Shown: one piece after another, positions 41,204 through 51,371 of the stretch
Layout: each line of letters begins with the position of its first letter
How positions within the stretch are numbered: the first letter of the stretch is position 1
Assembly (NCBI GenBank): GCA_051382295.1
Contig: JBBCAW010000074.1
Span: forward strand, 1-57,393
Length of the DNA: 57,393 bases
Direction of reading: 5' to 3'
Source of the DNA: Bdellovibrionota bacterium FG-1
GTDB lineage: Bacteria > Bdellovibrionota > UBA1018
Made by a program: the position numbers and the translations under genes
The notes under the pieces: generated by a model
Databases searched by the model: none
Told to the model about the DNA's origin: nothing
The model's input: only the letters and a program-made list of their open reading frames with translations

Positions 41204-42765
41204 AAATCCCGCGCCCTCTGGCTGCTCTCGTGGTGGTCTGGACGGGGTTGTTTTGGTGCGGGGCGGTCGGAATTCCGCTTGCGGCGGTTTTTTTGCAGAC
41301 CCGAGGGTTAGGTCAAGCGTTGTTGGATCCCGATGTCATTCACGTGGCAGGGGTGACGTTGAAACAGGCTTTTTTAAGTACTGTGTTTTCAGCGGCTATT
41401 GGGCTTCCCCTGGGGCTTGCGGCAGCTCGTGCAGGTGGGCGGCGCAGGGCCGCTTGGCTGGATTCCGTGCTTTTGCTTCCTTCGGGTGTACCCACGGTGG
41501 TTGCGGCAACAGCATGGGTGACTTGGCTGGGGCGCTCTGGGTTTCTGGGCCGCTTGGACCTGGCTTACAGTTTGAGCGCCGTGATTTTGGCTCATGTTTT
41601 TTTTAATGCGCCTTGGATTGCAATCCTGGTTGCGCAAGCGAGACGATCGGTGAGTCCTCTGCAAATGGAGGCGGCTCAGACTTTGGGCGCCCGAGGTTGG
41701 CAAGTCTTTTGGTGGGTGGAGTGGCCGGTGCTTTTTTCGGGTTTTGCGGCGGCTTGTGCCCAAGTTTTTGCTCTTTGTACGATGAGTTTTGCGCTGGTTT
41801 TGATTTTGGGGGGCGGTCCACCCGTCGAAACTCTTGAAACCGCTCTTTACGCTAAAATTCGTTATGGTTCGGTCGATTTGTCGGGCGCGGTCGCGTGCGC
41901 GATTTGGCAAGTGGCTCTTAGCTTACCTCCGTGGCTAGGGGTTCTCTGGCTTGAGGCTAAAAGAGGGGCAAAAAGGGGTGGGCTCGTTCAGGTGACCCAT
42001 ACGACGAGTGGGGCATCCGGTTCGCGTGTGCGCTTTTCGTGGGGCGGCGGGTTTGCTTTTGTGATGGCGTTGATTCTTATTCTTCCTTATGGAGCGGTTT
42101 TTCTACCGACGGGCACTCACGAGGGTTTTCAGTGGTTACGAGAAATTCCCGTTCCCCTTTGGGTTTCTCTGAAGATCGCGGCGTTCGTGGGGGGGGGGAC
42201 GCTCGTTTGTGGTGCTTTGGCAACTGTTGCGATGTCGGTGATCGCCGAACGATCGCGGTGGCTTCGACTGGCGCTGGGTGCGCTGCTTGCGCTTCCCAGT
42301 GGTATTTCGATTTTAGTTTTGGGGTTGGGGACCTGGATGGTGTACTCGCGCTGGATTGATCCCTTTGAAGGGAGTTTGGCCGCGATCATTCTTTTACAGG
42401 TGACTCTTTTTTTCCCGCTTGTGCTTCGCATGTTTTGGCCTGTTGCACAGGCTACTCAGCGCGCGCAGCTTGAGGCGGCGTGTTCTTTGGGCGCCTCTCC
42501 CTGGCGTGCCTTTGCCGTCGTGGAGTGGCCCCGGTGGCGTGCTCCTGTGGCGAGTGCCGCGGCCTTAGTTTCAGCGGCATCATTGGGCGAGGTTGCGGCC
42601 GTGAGTCTTTTTTACAGCGAAAATCTCATTCCATTGCCCTTGTTGGTGTCTCGTTGGATGGGGCAATATCGGTTCGAAGAAGCGCGGGGAGTGTCGGCTA
42701 TTTTGTTAATTATGTCGGTGATCGTGACGGTGACCGTGTCGCTCACGGGAAGGTCAAAAGCATGA
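41200..42765 (+). CDS. thiP: Thiamine/iron-type ABC transporter permease
   Basis: Duplicated permease with two EAA loops (EAAQTLGA, EAACSLGA), AHVFFNAP, LGGGP. Confidence 0.8.
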   Translation: MKIPRPLAALVVVWTGLFWCGAVGIPLAAVFLQTRGLGQALLDPDVIHVAGVTLKQAFLSTVFSAAIGLPLGLAAARAGGRRRAAWLDSVLLLPSGVPTVVAATAWVTWLGRSGFLGRLDLAYSLSAVILAHVFFNAPWIAILVAQARRSVSPLQMEAAQTLGARGWQVFWWVEWPVLFSGFAAACAQVFALCTMSFALVLILGGGPPVETLETALYAKIRYGSVDLSGAVACAIWQVALSLPPWLGVLWLEAKRGAKRGGLVQVTHTTSGASGSRVRFSWGGGFAFVMALILILPYGAVFLPTGTHEGFQWLREIPVPLWVSLKIAAFVGGGTLVCGALATVAMSVIAERSRWLRLALGALLALPSGISILVLGLGTWMVYSRWIDPFEGSLAAIILLQVTLFFPLVLRMFWPVAQATQRAQLEAACSLGASPWRAFAVVEWPRWRAPVASAAALVSAASLGEVAAVSLFYSENLIPLPLLVSRWMGQYRFEEARGVSAILLIMSVIVTVTVSLTGRSKA

Positions 42766-43448
42766 ATGAGAGATCCGGATTGAAAGTTGAGAACCTAGCT
42801 AAACAGATGGGCTCGTTTATTTTACAGGCGGATTTTGAAGTCGGGCCCGGGGCGAGAATCGCGTTGGTTGGCCCCAGTGGATCTGGAAAGACGACTTTGC
42901 TCAGGATTATTGCGGGGCTAGAGCCTTTGGATGGAGTGGCGGATCGCGGCCGAATTTGGCTGGGAGATCGTGAGATCGGGGGATTGCCTGCGGCTCAGCG
43001 CAATATTGGGTTTGTTTTTCAGGATGCGGCTCTTTTTGACTCCCTTTCGGTGCTTGAGAATGCCGCTTTCGGCTTAAGGATGCGCGGAAAAGGGGAGCAA
43101 GAGCGTCGCGCACAAACTCTGCCATGGCTTGAGCGAGTGGGGTTGACCCAGTTTGCAGATCAGCGGGTGACGCACCTCTCAGGTGGGGAGCGTCAGCGAG
43201 TTGCGTTAGTGCGAGCGCTCGTGTGGAAGCCTGATCTTCTTTTGTTGGATGAGCCGTTTTCGTCTTTGGATTCCGATCTTAAACAGTCCCTGCGGCAGGA
43301 AATTTTGCAATTGCATGAGGCATGGCCCGTCCCGTTACTCATGGTGACCCATGATGAAGAAGATGTCAGGAGTTTGGCGACGGGCAGGCTGCAACTCCGA
43401 GAAGAATCTTCAAACCTTCGAGTGGTGAAGGAGAGTAGCCCGCTCTAA
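42762..43448 (+). CDS. ABC transporter ATP-binding protein (ThiQ-like)
   Basis: GPSGSGKT, LSGGERQR, LLLDEP, VTHD; ATGA overlap with the permease gene. Confidence 0.88.
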   Translation: MNERSGLKVENLAKQMGSFILQADFEVGPGARIALVGPSGSGKTTLLRIIAGLEPLDGVADRGRIWLGDREIGGLPAAQRNIGFVFQDAALFDSLSVLENAAFGLRMRGKGEQERRAQTLPWLERVGLTQFADQRVTHLSGGERQRVALVRALVWKPDLLLLDEPFSSLDSDLKQSLRQEILQLHEAWPVPLLMVTHDEEDVRSLATGRLQLREESSNLRVVKESSPL

Positions 43449-43503
43449 AATCATCCGAAGCGGCGCACTCATGTATTCGAAGGCCCCCCTCCCCATCTAC
43501 GGT

Positions 43504-43604
43504 AGGGGCTCCCGGTAAAAGTGAGGGGATCCGCGCGCGCAGGAGGCGTTTTTTGCGCGGAGGCCAGGGATGGCCGACCCCGACACCTTTTACCGGGAGC
43601 CCCT
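43504..43604. repeat. REP/MITE-like 67-bp core inside a perfect 17-bp inverted repeat (copy 1)
   Basis: AGGGGCTCCCGGTAAAA 43504-43520 / TTTTACCGGGAGCCCCT 43588-43604; the core matches the reverse complement of 46053-46121. Confidence 0.75.
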
Positions 43605-43672
43605 GTCTTAATTCCTTTGACGGCGACTGAGGTCCTTTTATAAGGTCAAATAAAAAAGGAGGTCTTTTCTTC

Positions 43673-44998
43673 ATGACCGATCAACCTCAGTACAAAACGC
43701 TCAAGGCGCCTCAAAGTGGCGAAAGAATCACCATCAAAAATGGTGTTCTGACTGTTCCTTCTCATCCCGTCATTCCTTTTATTGAAGGGGATGGTATTGG
43801 CCCGGATATTTGGCGCGCTTCTAAAAACGTGATGGATGCCGCAGTTCAAAAGGCTTACGGCGGAAAGCGTAAGATTGAATGGTTTGAAGTTTACGCCGGC
43901 GAAAAGGCTTTCAAAAAATTTAACGACTGGCTTCCTGAAGATACCATTACGGCCATGCGCCATTATTTGGTTTCGATCAAAGGACCTTTGACCACGCCGA
44001 TCGGGGGTGGAATGCGTTCGTTGAACGTGACGCTTCGGCAGATGCTGGATCTCTACGTCTGTTTGCGTCCCGTTCGGTATTTTCGTGGCGTTCCGTCACC
44101 AGTGAAGCGCCCTGAAAAAGTCGATATGGTGATTTACCGTGAAAACACCGAAGACATTTATGCCGGCATTGAGTTTGAAAGCGGAAGCGATGCCGCTAAA
44201 AAAGTTTTGAGCTTTATCAAAGAAAACTTTCCTAAAGATTATGGAAAAATTCGTTTTCCAGAAACCACTGGAATTGGAATTAAGCCGGTTTCGAAGGAAG
44301 GTACGGAGCGCCTGGTTCGTGCCGCCATTGAGTTTGCCCTGAAGAATAAACGCAAGTCAGTGACGATTGTTCATAAGGGCAACATCATGAAGTACACGGA
44401 AGGCGGTTTCCGTAACTGGGGTTACGCCGTGGCTCAAAATGAGTTTGCGGACCGTGTTTATACTTGGGACCAATGGGAATTGACCAAGAAGGCCAAGGGC
44501 GAAGAAGCGGCCAATGTTGAAATGAAGGCGGCTCTTTCTTCGGGCAGACTTTTGATCAAGGACGCCATTGCTGATATTACTTTGCAGCAAGTGCTCACTC
44601 GTCCGGAAGAGTTTGACGTCATTGCGACGCTCAATCTCAACGGCGACTATTTGTCGGACGCTTTGGCCGCGCAAGTGGGTGGCATTGGGATCGCTCCGGG
44701 CGGTAACGTCAATTATCTCACGGGGCATGCCGTTTTTGAGGCGACTCATGGAACGGCTCCTAAATATACGAATCTAGACAAGGTCAATCCGGGCTCGGTC
44801 ATCCTTTCTGGTGAAATGATGTTGCGCTATATGGGTTGGGGTGAGGCCGCTGATTTGATTATCAAGGGAATGGATGGTGCCATCTCCAAAAAGAGAGTGA
44901 CCTACGACTTTGCCCGCCTCATGAAACAAGAAGGCGAAAGCGGCGTGGTTGAGTTGAAGTGCTCTGAGTTTGGCGATGAAATGATCAAAAACATGTAA
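43673..44998 (+). CDS. icd: NADP-dependent isocitrate dehydrogenase
   Basis: [51 protein letters not shown]. Confidence 0.97.
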   Translation: MTDQPQYKTLKAPQSGERITIKNGVLTVPSHPVIPFIEGDGIGPDIWRASKNVMDAAVQKAYGGKRKIEWFEVYAGEKAFKKFNDWLPEDTITAMRHYLVSIKGPLTTPIGGGMRSLNVTLRQMLDLYVCLRPVRYFRGVPSPVKRPEKVDMVIYRENTEDIYAGIEFESGSDAAKKVLSFIKENFPKDYGKIRFPETTGIGIKPVSKEGTERLVRAAIEFALKNKRKSVTIVHKGNIMKYTEGGFRNWGYAVAQNEFADRVYTWDQWELTKKAKGEEAANVEMKAALSSGRLLIKDAIADITLQQVLTRPEEFDVIATLNLNGDYLSDALAAQVGGIGIAPGGNVNYLTGHAVFEATHGTAPKYTNLDKVNPGSVILSGEMMLRYMGWGEAADLIIKGMDGAISKKRVTYDFARLMKQEGESGVVELKCSEFGDEMIKNM

Positions 44999-45043
44999 AT
45001 AGCGAGTGTAGACAATCCGAGTAGACAACAAAGGAAAAATTCC

Positions 45044-46036
45044 ATGGCAAAGACTCCCGTTCGAGTTGCAGTAACCGGCGCAGCCGGTCAAATTGGTTAT
45101 AGTTTGCTTTTTAGAATCGCCAGCGGCGAAATGCTGGGCAAAGATCAGCCCGTGATTTTGCAATTGCTCGATCTTCCTCAAGGTCAGAAGGCCCTTAAGG
45201 GCGTGATGATGGAATTGGATGATTGCGCTTTCCCGCTTTTGGCGGGTGTGGTGGGTACGGACAATCCTGACGTCGCTTTCAAAGATGCTCAGATTGCGCT
45301 TTTAGTCGGCGCGAAGCCTCGTGGGCCCGGCATGGAACGCAAAGATCTTTTGACTGAAAATGCGAAGATCTTTACGGTTCAGGGCGAGTCCATCGGCAAA
45401 CATGCTGATGCCAATGTAAAAGTTTTGGTGGTGGGTAATCCTTGCAATACCAATGCTTACATCGCGATGAAGACGGCTGAAAAGTTTGGCCGGGTGAAGG
45501 CAAAAAACTTTACCGCAATGCTTCGTTTGGATCACAACCGCGCTTTGTCCCAGTTATCTCATAAGACGGATAAGCCAGTTTCAGGTTTTAAGAAATTCAC
45601 CGTTTGGGGAAATCACAGTCCGACGATGTATCCGGATTTCCATTTTGCCACGGCCGATGGCCAATCCGTCAAGGATTTAGTTCATGACGACGCCTGGAAT
45701 CGCGAGACGTTTATTCCGACCGTAGGCAAGCGCGGAGCGGCGATTATCGAAGCTCGCGGTCTTTCATCGGCGGCTTCGGCAGCCAATGCAGCCGTGGATC
45801 ATATCCGTGACTGGGTTTTGGGCTCTAAGGGTGCGTGGGTGACGATGGGTGTTCCGAGCGATGGCTCGTATAATGTCCCTGCCGGAACCCTTTATGGTTT
45901 TCCATGCACCACCGAAAACGGTGAGTACAAAATCGTTCAGGGCCTCGAGATCGACACCTTCTCGAAAGAGAAGATGGCCGCCACTCTGAAGGAACTGGAA
46001 GAAGAAAAAGCAGGAGTCGCTAGTTTGTTGGGGTAA
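45044..46036 (+). CDS. mdh: Malate dehydrogenase
   Basis: [47 protein letters not shown]. Confidence 0.97.
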   Translation: MAKTPVRVAVTGAAGQIGYSLLFRIASGEMLGKDQPVILQLLDLPQGQKALKGVMMELDDCAFPLLAGVVGTDNPDVAFKDAQIALLVGAKPRGPGMERKDLLTENAKIFTVQGESIGKHADANVKVLVVGNPCNTNAYIAMKTAEKFGRVKAKNFTAMLRLDHNRALSQLSHKTDKPVSGFKKFTVWGNHSPTMYPDFHFATADGQSVKDLVHDDAWNRETFIPTVGKRGAAIIEARGLSSAASAANAAVDHIRDWVLGSKGAWVTMGVPSDGSYNVPAGTLYGFPCTTENGEYKIVQGLEIDTFSKEKMAATLKELEEEKAGVASLLG

Positions 46037-46140
46037 AAAACAACTCAGTGAGGGTGTCGGGGTCGGCCTTCCTTGGCCTCCGCGCTAAAAACGCGCATCC
46101 TGCGCGCGCGGATCCCCTCACCTTCACTGAGTGTTTTTTT
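46035..46140. repeat. REP/MITE-like core (copy 2, inverted) inside a terminator-like hairpin after mdh
   Basis: ACTCAGTGA (46043-46051) / TCACTGAGT (46124-46132) stem followed by a T-run; core 46053-46121. Confidence 0.75.
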
Positions 46141-46221
46141 ATGTGGGTACGGCGTTGCTCGTTCTCCAGTCGCAGGGAGGCGGGCCGGCTCCAGTATTTT
46201 CAACCGTTTGTTGCAGAAAGT

Positions 46222-47082
46222 TCATGGTCGTCTCCGATCTTTTTTCTTGGCGATTTCTTTTTCGAGCGGGCCTTTCCATGAATCTCCGGGTAGTAGCGCA
46301 AGAAAGGCCGTTTTCACTTGCAAGCCTGCCTCATCGACATCAAAAGCCGGAGTACCCTGCGCAAGAAGGGGTTGGACGTCACCACGGAACGCGGCATCCG
46401 TGAGCTTCAACGCGAGATTCGCCTCGAACTGCGCTCGCGACACAGGCGTTTTGCCGTGCTCCATATATTTTTGAAAGCAATGGATGGTCTTTGCCATGTC
46501 GAGCTTGGGGAAGCGCTTGAGCGCCATCGCAAGATCGAAAAGGTCGCGGCCCTTTTTCCTCTGAAAAAGCGCCCGCATTTTAGTTCCAAGGAGTTCCTCG
46601 ACTTCGTAGGTCAGAGCTTCCGCGCTCCCTTTAAACCACTCGCTTTCGCAGTGGAGTGGGCGCCGTTTGGTGCCCAGGACAGTGAAATGCTCTCCAGTAT
46701 TGATTTCAATCTTGAGGCGCATGCGCTGGACCGGCGGCATCTCAGATTCAAAGCGGTAGATCATGGTAAAACGACTTTTTTTCCTCTCCCAACTGGGGTT
46801 GCCAAGCCAAGGGTCCACAAGTTCTCGAATGGCGTTGATCGCGGTACCAATGGGTTCCGCGCGGACCTGTACCAAGTCGATGTCTTCCGAGTATCGGGTG
46901 GGAGGAGCATAAAATAGTTTTTGCATCGCCGTGCCGCCACGGAATGCGAATGCATCCGTCAGGTGCGGATCAGAGTAGAGCTGGATCACCGCTTTTGTAA
47001 GCACGAGATCCTGTTCAATCTGAGCGTCGGGACCCCACTGGGTTTTCGTGCGCCAATGCGCAAGGATCATCGGTGGGATCAT
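46222..47082 (-). CDS. abiEii: Type IV TA / abortive infection nucleotidyltransferase toxin
   Basis: QIEQDL, AFRGGTA, RYSEDIDL, KIEIN, RKKGRDLFDL. Confidence 0.9.
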   Translation of the reverse strand: MIPPMILAHWRTKTQWGPDAQIEQDLVLTKAVIQLYSDPHLTDAFAFRGGTAMQKLFYAPPTRYSEDIDLVQVRAEPIGTAINAIRELVDPWLGNPSWERKKSRFTMIYRFESEMPPVQRMRLKIEINTGEHFTVLGTKRRPLHCESEWFKGSAEALTYEVEELLGTKMRALFQRKKGRDLFDLAMALKRFPKLDMAKTIHCFQKYMEHGKTPVSRAQFEANLALKLTDAAFRGDVQPLLAQGTPAFDVDEAGLQVKTAFLALLPGDSWKGPLEKEIAKKKDRRRP

Positions 47083-47921
47083 AGATCAGTCTCCACTTCA
47101 TCGTTCACCAGAACCCGCCATCGCTCGTCGCGAGCCAATACATCGCCATTCCAGCCCGGTCGAAGGGGAACGAGCTTCGTTTCCCTTTTCGATACCCATT
47201 TACGTAGTTCAGAAACCGTTTTCTTTTCCCCGTACTTTTCGAGAAGAAACCCTAGCCTCTGTGCCTGCGCGATTTCTCCGTCGGCAATTGCCGCGTCCAC
47301 GAGTTTTTTTGGGTCAAGTCGTTCGGAAAGCTCTGCGAGGACCGTTGTGACGTTGTTGAGGTATCCTGCCCACCGATAATATCGAACGAGATCAAATGCA
47401 GTCGCTTCCGGCGTCGATACTTTGAAGTAGCCCGTGTGTGTTTTCATTTCTTGGACAGGCGTCTTTTCCAGGGCCTTCTTCGTGAGAAAACGAATTCGCG
47501 TGCGATGAGCCGTGACCAGGCGAAGGGGCTTCGTCGTGATTACTTGAAGTTCCTGCGGAGCCTGGTGAGCGGCACCGTGGAGAGCTGCTGCCGAAAGGCC
47601 GCCCACATAGTAGGGCAGTCCGTGGAACTTCATGAGGGCGTCGATGTACCACTCCGGTGGAACGCTCTTCCCGCTGCGATATTCGGTAGGAATGATGACG
47701 TAGAAGCCATTCGTCGGGCGAAAAAGTTTATCCTTCCGAATGAGGCGCAGCGACGCTTTGATAAAGGCGTTTGGTGAGTCGAAGAGCGCCTTTTGGGCCT
47801 CTACGGACGTGAAGACCAATCGCCCCTGGGCTTGGAGCGCTTCGATGTAGTTCAGTAACCGGTCACGCTTGGGGCTGTTTTCGGAAAGTGACCGGCTTGG
47901 TTTTTTCTTGTGGCGGCTCAT
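47079..47921 (-). CDS. abiEi: Type IV TA antitoxin (AbiEi family)
   Basis: GFYVIIP, YYVGGLSAAALHGAAHQAPQ, VSTPEATAFDL, QRLGFLLE; ATGA overlap with the toxin gene. Confidence 0.88.
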   Translation of the reverse strand: MSRHKKKPSRSLSENSPKRDRLLNYIEALQAQGRLVFTSVEAQKALFDSPNAFIKASLRLIRKDKLFRPTNGFYVIIPTEYRSGKSVPPEWYIDALMKFHGLPYYVGGLSAAALHGAAHQAPQELQVITTKPLRLVTAHRTRIRFLTKKALEKTPVQEMKTHTGYFKVSTPEATAFDLVRYYRWAGYLNNVTTVLAELSERLDPKKLVDAAIADGEIAQAQRLGFLLEKYGEKKTVSELRKWVSKRETKLVPLRPGWNGDVLARDERWRVLVNDEVETDL

Positions 47922-47927
47922 TCCCAA

Positions 47928-47956
47928 AGGATGCCATAATGTGGCATTATATGCAA
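47928..47956 (-). promoter_or_regulatory. Probable abiE promoter with palindromic operator
   Basis: TTGCAT-17 nt-CATCCT, 6 nt upstream of the ATG; overlapping palindromes ATGCCA-N5-TGGCAT and ATAATG-N3-CATTAT. Confidence 0.55.
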
Positions 47957-48131
47957 ATCCTGGGATTTTTAAATAGTACCGTTTTTGGGTACTTTTCGGA
48001 CATTTCAATTGGGGGTCCCGTATTGTCCACGTCCATGCGTAAGTTGAGAGGCGTTTAAACTGATCAAAGTGGGTTTTTATTGACGCACTGTGTCCCAGAT
48101 AGGATAATGCAGTCTGTCAAGGAGAAGAGCG

Positions 48132-48544
48132 ATGAAACAGGTAAATTTTTTTTTGATGGCCACCGGCCTGTGGTCTCTCATGAGGATGAGAACATTTCCA
48201 AAATTGCGCTTAATGTTCAGCAAAAAGAAGTGTTGGTTAAGTTCATGAAGGGCCGTATTGCTCGTCACAAGACGATGCGTGATTCAGGTGAGGTCATCGC
48301 GGATTTATCTCAGGTTGTCGCGAAAAATCGCGAAATGGTCGGCAAAAATGGCGTGGATCTCGTCAGTTTTGACAAAGGTGCTGGGCTTGCCATCGACTCG
48401 ATCAAAGCGATCGGTGACAAAGATGTGATTGTGGCTCTTGAAACTGCGCAGCTTCAAGAAGTGATGCAATCCGATAATTACTTGTTTGGGTTTACGCGCT
48501 GGAATTTCAGTGATTGCAACATGCTGGGCTACTGGATTCAATGA
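48132..48544 (+). pseudogene. Probable frameshifted secreted hypothetical protein
   Basis: TTGACG-17-GATAAT promoter and AAGGAG RBS point to ATG 48132 (MKQVNFFLMATGLWSL, signal-like), which is out of frame with the long 48080..48544 ORF. Confidence 0.45.
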
Positions 48545-49632
48545 CACCAAGGTCGGACATCGTAAGGGATCTCTGCCGCATACTCATTCAGCAAAAGTAG
48601 ATAGTTCGGTGGAGAGGAGTCCTGTGTTTGAGCAGTATCGACAGGGGTGATCGTCAATGCGCTTTTTCCCTGGGTAACGTAAAAACTACGGACTGGAAAA
48701 TCAATGGGCAGTGCACATGTAATATTTGAAAGCTCAACGAGCGCAAAGCTGAATCCACCCGGAATCCTCCCTGCAAGTAGACCCGTTGGCGCTTTCGAAA
48801 ACCTTTGATCCTTCCGAATCAAAAGAGAGATCAAAAAGTCCTCGTAAATTTCATTTAGACCGCGCTTCGGAGCAACCCCGAGACTGGTAAGTGCCCCCAT
48901 CAACCCTGCGGCACCACGACCGGTCTGCTTGGCGATTACCTCGAAAAGACGATCCCCACCCCCCTTGAGTTGGTCTTCCCAGAGAAATCTAAAGAAGAGG
49001 TAGCTCTGTCCATAGTTTTCTAGGCTAAATTCACGGGAGCCCTCTGTTTGAAGACCTGGTGTGACCGGTGCGTTTAAAAATGCGTCGGTCGCAATCGAAG
49101 GTACCAAGCTTGATACTCGCCACGCGAGCAATTCACTCAGCCCTTCATTGATCCAGACTGATTCTCCTGGATGTTGAATGTGGAGGAAAAGATGTTGAAG
49201 TTCATGAACCGTGCGATGGATCAACTCGGAGTTCAATCCGTGGCTAACATCCAAGAAGATCATGTCCCGTTTCTGCTCGTCAAAAACAGAGGGCGAAAAA
49301 AATCCCATCCGCTCCACCCGACTTGTTTCACCACTTTTGCTAAATTCGGACGGACTCATCAACGCGATTTGCACGGGATGACTGATCCTCACCGACTCAG
49401 GACGAGGATCATGGAAAATTCGTGTTGCGACCCGATAAGCGTCCTCAATCTGCAATAAGTAGGCAGCAGTCTGACTCGATTTCCATGGGACGGACCGAGT
49501 TTTCCAAATCTCAAAATGCCGAGAGGTCTGACTCCTTTCGAAGTCGACCCCGGGCAAGATGAGTACTGCTTTAGCATTGGATGCGAAAACCGAGCACAGC
49601 AGCATTAAAATCGGTGCAGTCAAGTTTTTCAC
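48538..49632 (-). CDS. Secreted zinc metallopeptidase (HExxH...E)
   Basis: Signal peptide; TVHELQH, WINEGLSE, YGQSYLFFRFL. Confidence 0.75.
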   Translation of the reverse strand: MKNLTAPILMLLCSVFASNAKAVLILPGVDFERSQTSRHFEIWKTRSVPWKSSQTAAYLLQIEDAYRVATRIFHDPRPESVRISHPVQIALMSPSEFSKSGETSRVERMGFFSPSVFDEQKRDMIFLDVSHGLNSELIHRTVHELQHLFLHIQHPGESVWINEGLSELLAWRVSSLVPSIATDAFLNAPVTPGLQTEGSREFSLENYGQSYLFFRFLWEDQLKGGGDRLFEVIAKQTGRGAAGLMGALTSLGVAPKRGLNEIYEDFLISLLIRKDQRFSKAPTGLLAGRIPGGFSFALVELSNITCALPIDFPVRSFYVTQGKSALTITPVDTAQTQDSSPPNYLLLLNEYAAEIPYDVRPWCH

Positions 49633-49642
49633 TTTTATCGAC

Positions 49643-50374
49643 TCATTTCAGCCGATCTTTGATCAGATCAACCAGGATATACCCTCGCTCGTAATATCCG
49701 TCCTGACTTTCGCCGGAAGCCTGCCAGCCATTTTTTTCTCCGCTTGGCATGTCATTGTCAGGCACCGGGCAAAGCTCCACTTTAATGATGAGTGAGGAGC
49801 CTGATTGACGATAGGTCAGCTTGAACGTACCGTAGACCCACTCATAGTACGAAGCAGAGAGTGGCAAGTAGCCATGCGTGTAATTCGACCGTTTAAAGTC
49901 GTTCTCCGCCCAATACGAGGTCCATTCGCCATTTATTTGTTCTAAGGCGTTGAGGTTTGAGAGTGCGACTGCTCCCGCAAGATTTGACTGACGACCTTCC
50001 ATTGTATAGTCGAACGTGCCTGTGGTTACATGTCCAGCTAGAGGCACAAGGCCGTCGAGGCCAAAGCAAACAAGGGCATAGGCATCATGACGGCCGGTAT
50101 CAACATGGAGACCATCTGAACTTTGCAGACAAAAAGTCTTCTTCGGCAAAGCTCCAATTTTGAGAGGCTTTGCATTATTGAATGCAATTCTCCATGAAGC
50201 GAGTAGATCAGGAGTGCAATCTCCTTTGCTAGCAGCAGCGCTGGAGCATTTTGTAAGATAAGGAATCGTAACCGGCCCAACGAGCCCGCCTGTTCCATTG
50301 CGTTCTGCGTTTCCGGCCCAGACACTTTGCGAAGCGGTAAGCGTTGCCATAATTAACAAAAGTACGTGTTTCAT
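49643..50374 (-). CDS. Secreted hypothetical protein
   Basis: Signal peptide ending VWA, then GNAERNGTGG; ATGA overlap with the upstream regulator. Confidence 0.75.
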   Translation of the reverse strand: MKHVLLLIMATLTASQSVWAGNAERNGTGGLVGPVTIPYLTKCSSAAASKGDCTPDLLASWRIAFNNAKPLKIGALPKKTFCLQSSDGLHVDTGRHDAYALVCFGLDGLVPLAGHVTTGTFDYTMEGRQSNLAGAVALSNLNALEQINGEWTSYWAENDFKRSNYTHGYLPLSASYYEWVYGTFKLTYRQSGSSLIIKVELCPVPDNDMPSGEKNGWQASGESQDGYYERGYILVDLIKDRLK

Positions 50375-51162
50375 TTGATATCTTCTTTTATTGTTTCGGG
50401 TTTAGTGAGCGGTATAAGTTGTATACAGAGCTTGTGGACTTCCTTTTTTCTTCCTGATTCCAGAAACGCGCACAATCGATCCTGAAATTCCCGGATCATC
50501 TTCTTTGCGGCGGGCAACTGATCCGGGTCAATTGCCATCGTCATTGCGGTAAAATCACGCTCCGAAACCGAGTCGTTTTCCAAAGAGTCTTTGGCAAGTT
50601 CTAGGTTTTGGGCGTGAACTTTTCTAAGGGAAAGGTCGGCGATGTCATCAGTGGTGACATAGGCAGGGGCTCCGCGAACCGGCCTTCCGGTATCGTCCAG
50701 CTCCAACATTCCGAGACGCTCCAAGCGATCCAGCGCGCAGGCTGCGTCCTTGGATTTGATATTCAATCGTTTAGATATCCATTCGGAATCATGTCGGTAG
50801 TTCTCAGTTTCAGACAACGACTGGATCGCAAAGTGATACCAGTCGGAGATCACACGAAAATGATCCATATTCAGTTGTGAGTACTGGACAGCTTGCACAG
50901 TCTGGGCGCGTTTGCGGCGGGACTTCTCAGGAAATCCACTGAGGATATTGGCCGCACGATCGGGGTCGACGCAAAGCTTCTGGGTAATCTTTCGGGCAAG
51001 CGCCTTAGAAACGTGACGCTTGCCATTGAGGATTTCAGACAAAGCGGAGGAGCTGATACCCGCCTTGCAAGCAAAAGCGCGTACTGAGTAGGACGGATTT
51101 CTCAGGCGAATTTCGGTAATTTTTTCCACAAGTAATTTCTGAAACTCGAACTGCTCTTTCAT
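50371..51162 (-). CDS. TIGR02147/DUF4423-type HTH regulator (second copy)
   Basis: NPSYSVRAFA, LSEILNGKR, FRVISDWYHFAI, ERDFTAMT, HKLCIQLIPL. Confidence 0.88.
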   Translation of the reverse strand: MKEQFEFQKLLVEKITEIRLRNPSYSVRAFACKAGISSSALSEILNGKRHVSKALARKITQKLCVDPDRAANILSGFPEKSRRKRAQTVQAVQYSQLNMDHFRVISDWYHFAIQSLSETENYRHDSEWISKRLNIKSKDAACALDRLERLGMLELDDTGRPVRGAPAYVTTDDIADLSLRKVHAQNLELAKDSLENDSVSERDFTAMTMAIDPDQLPAAKKMIREFQDRLCAFLESGRKKEVHKLCIQLIPLTKPETIKEDIK

Positions 51163-51371
51163 AACCCCGTCCTTTCTTGAATGGGGTTATAACCGCAGAC
51201 AATGCATCGCGCAACGCTATTTGGACAAAAGCGCTCCAAATAGTATCTTGGAGCGACACTTTATCCGTGCACCGTGTCTTAGTGGCGGATATTTTGAGGC
51301 AATTCGGTTTTAAAATACATTACTTTATTGGTATGGCATTGTATTTAGAAGTATGATAAACCTCTTGTGCC

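Noticed and set aside
47929..47958. Chromosomal dif site (GGATGCCATAA-TGTGGCA-TTATATGCAAAT)
   Set aside because: It has a 7-bp spacer and a poor XerD arm, and is better explained as the abiE promoter/operator.
47922..48008. Longer AbiEi start at 48008
   Set aside because: The extension runs through the putative promoter and operator; ATG 47921 fits better.
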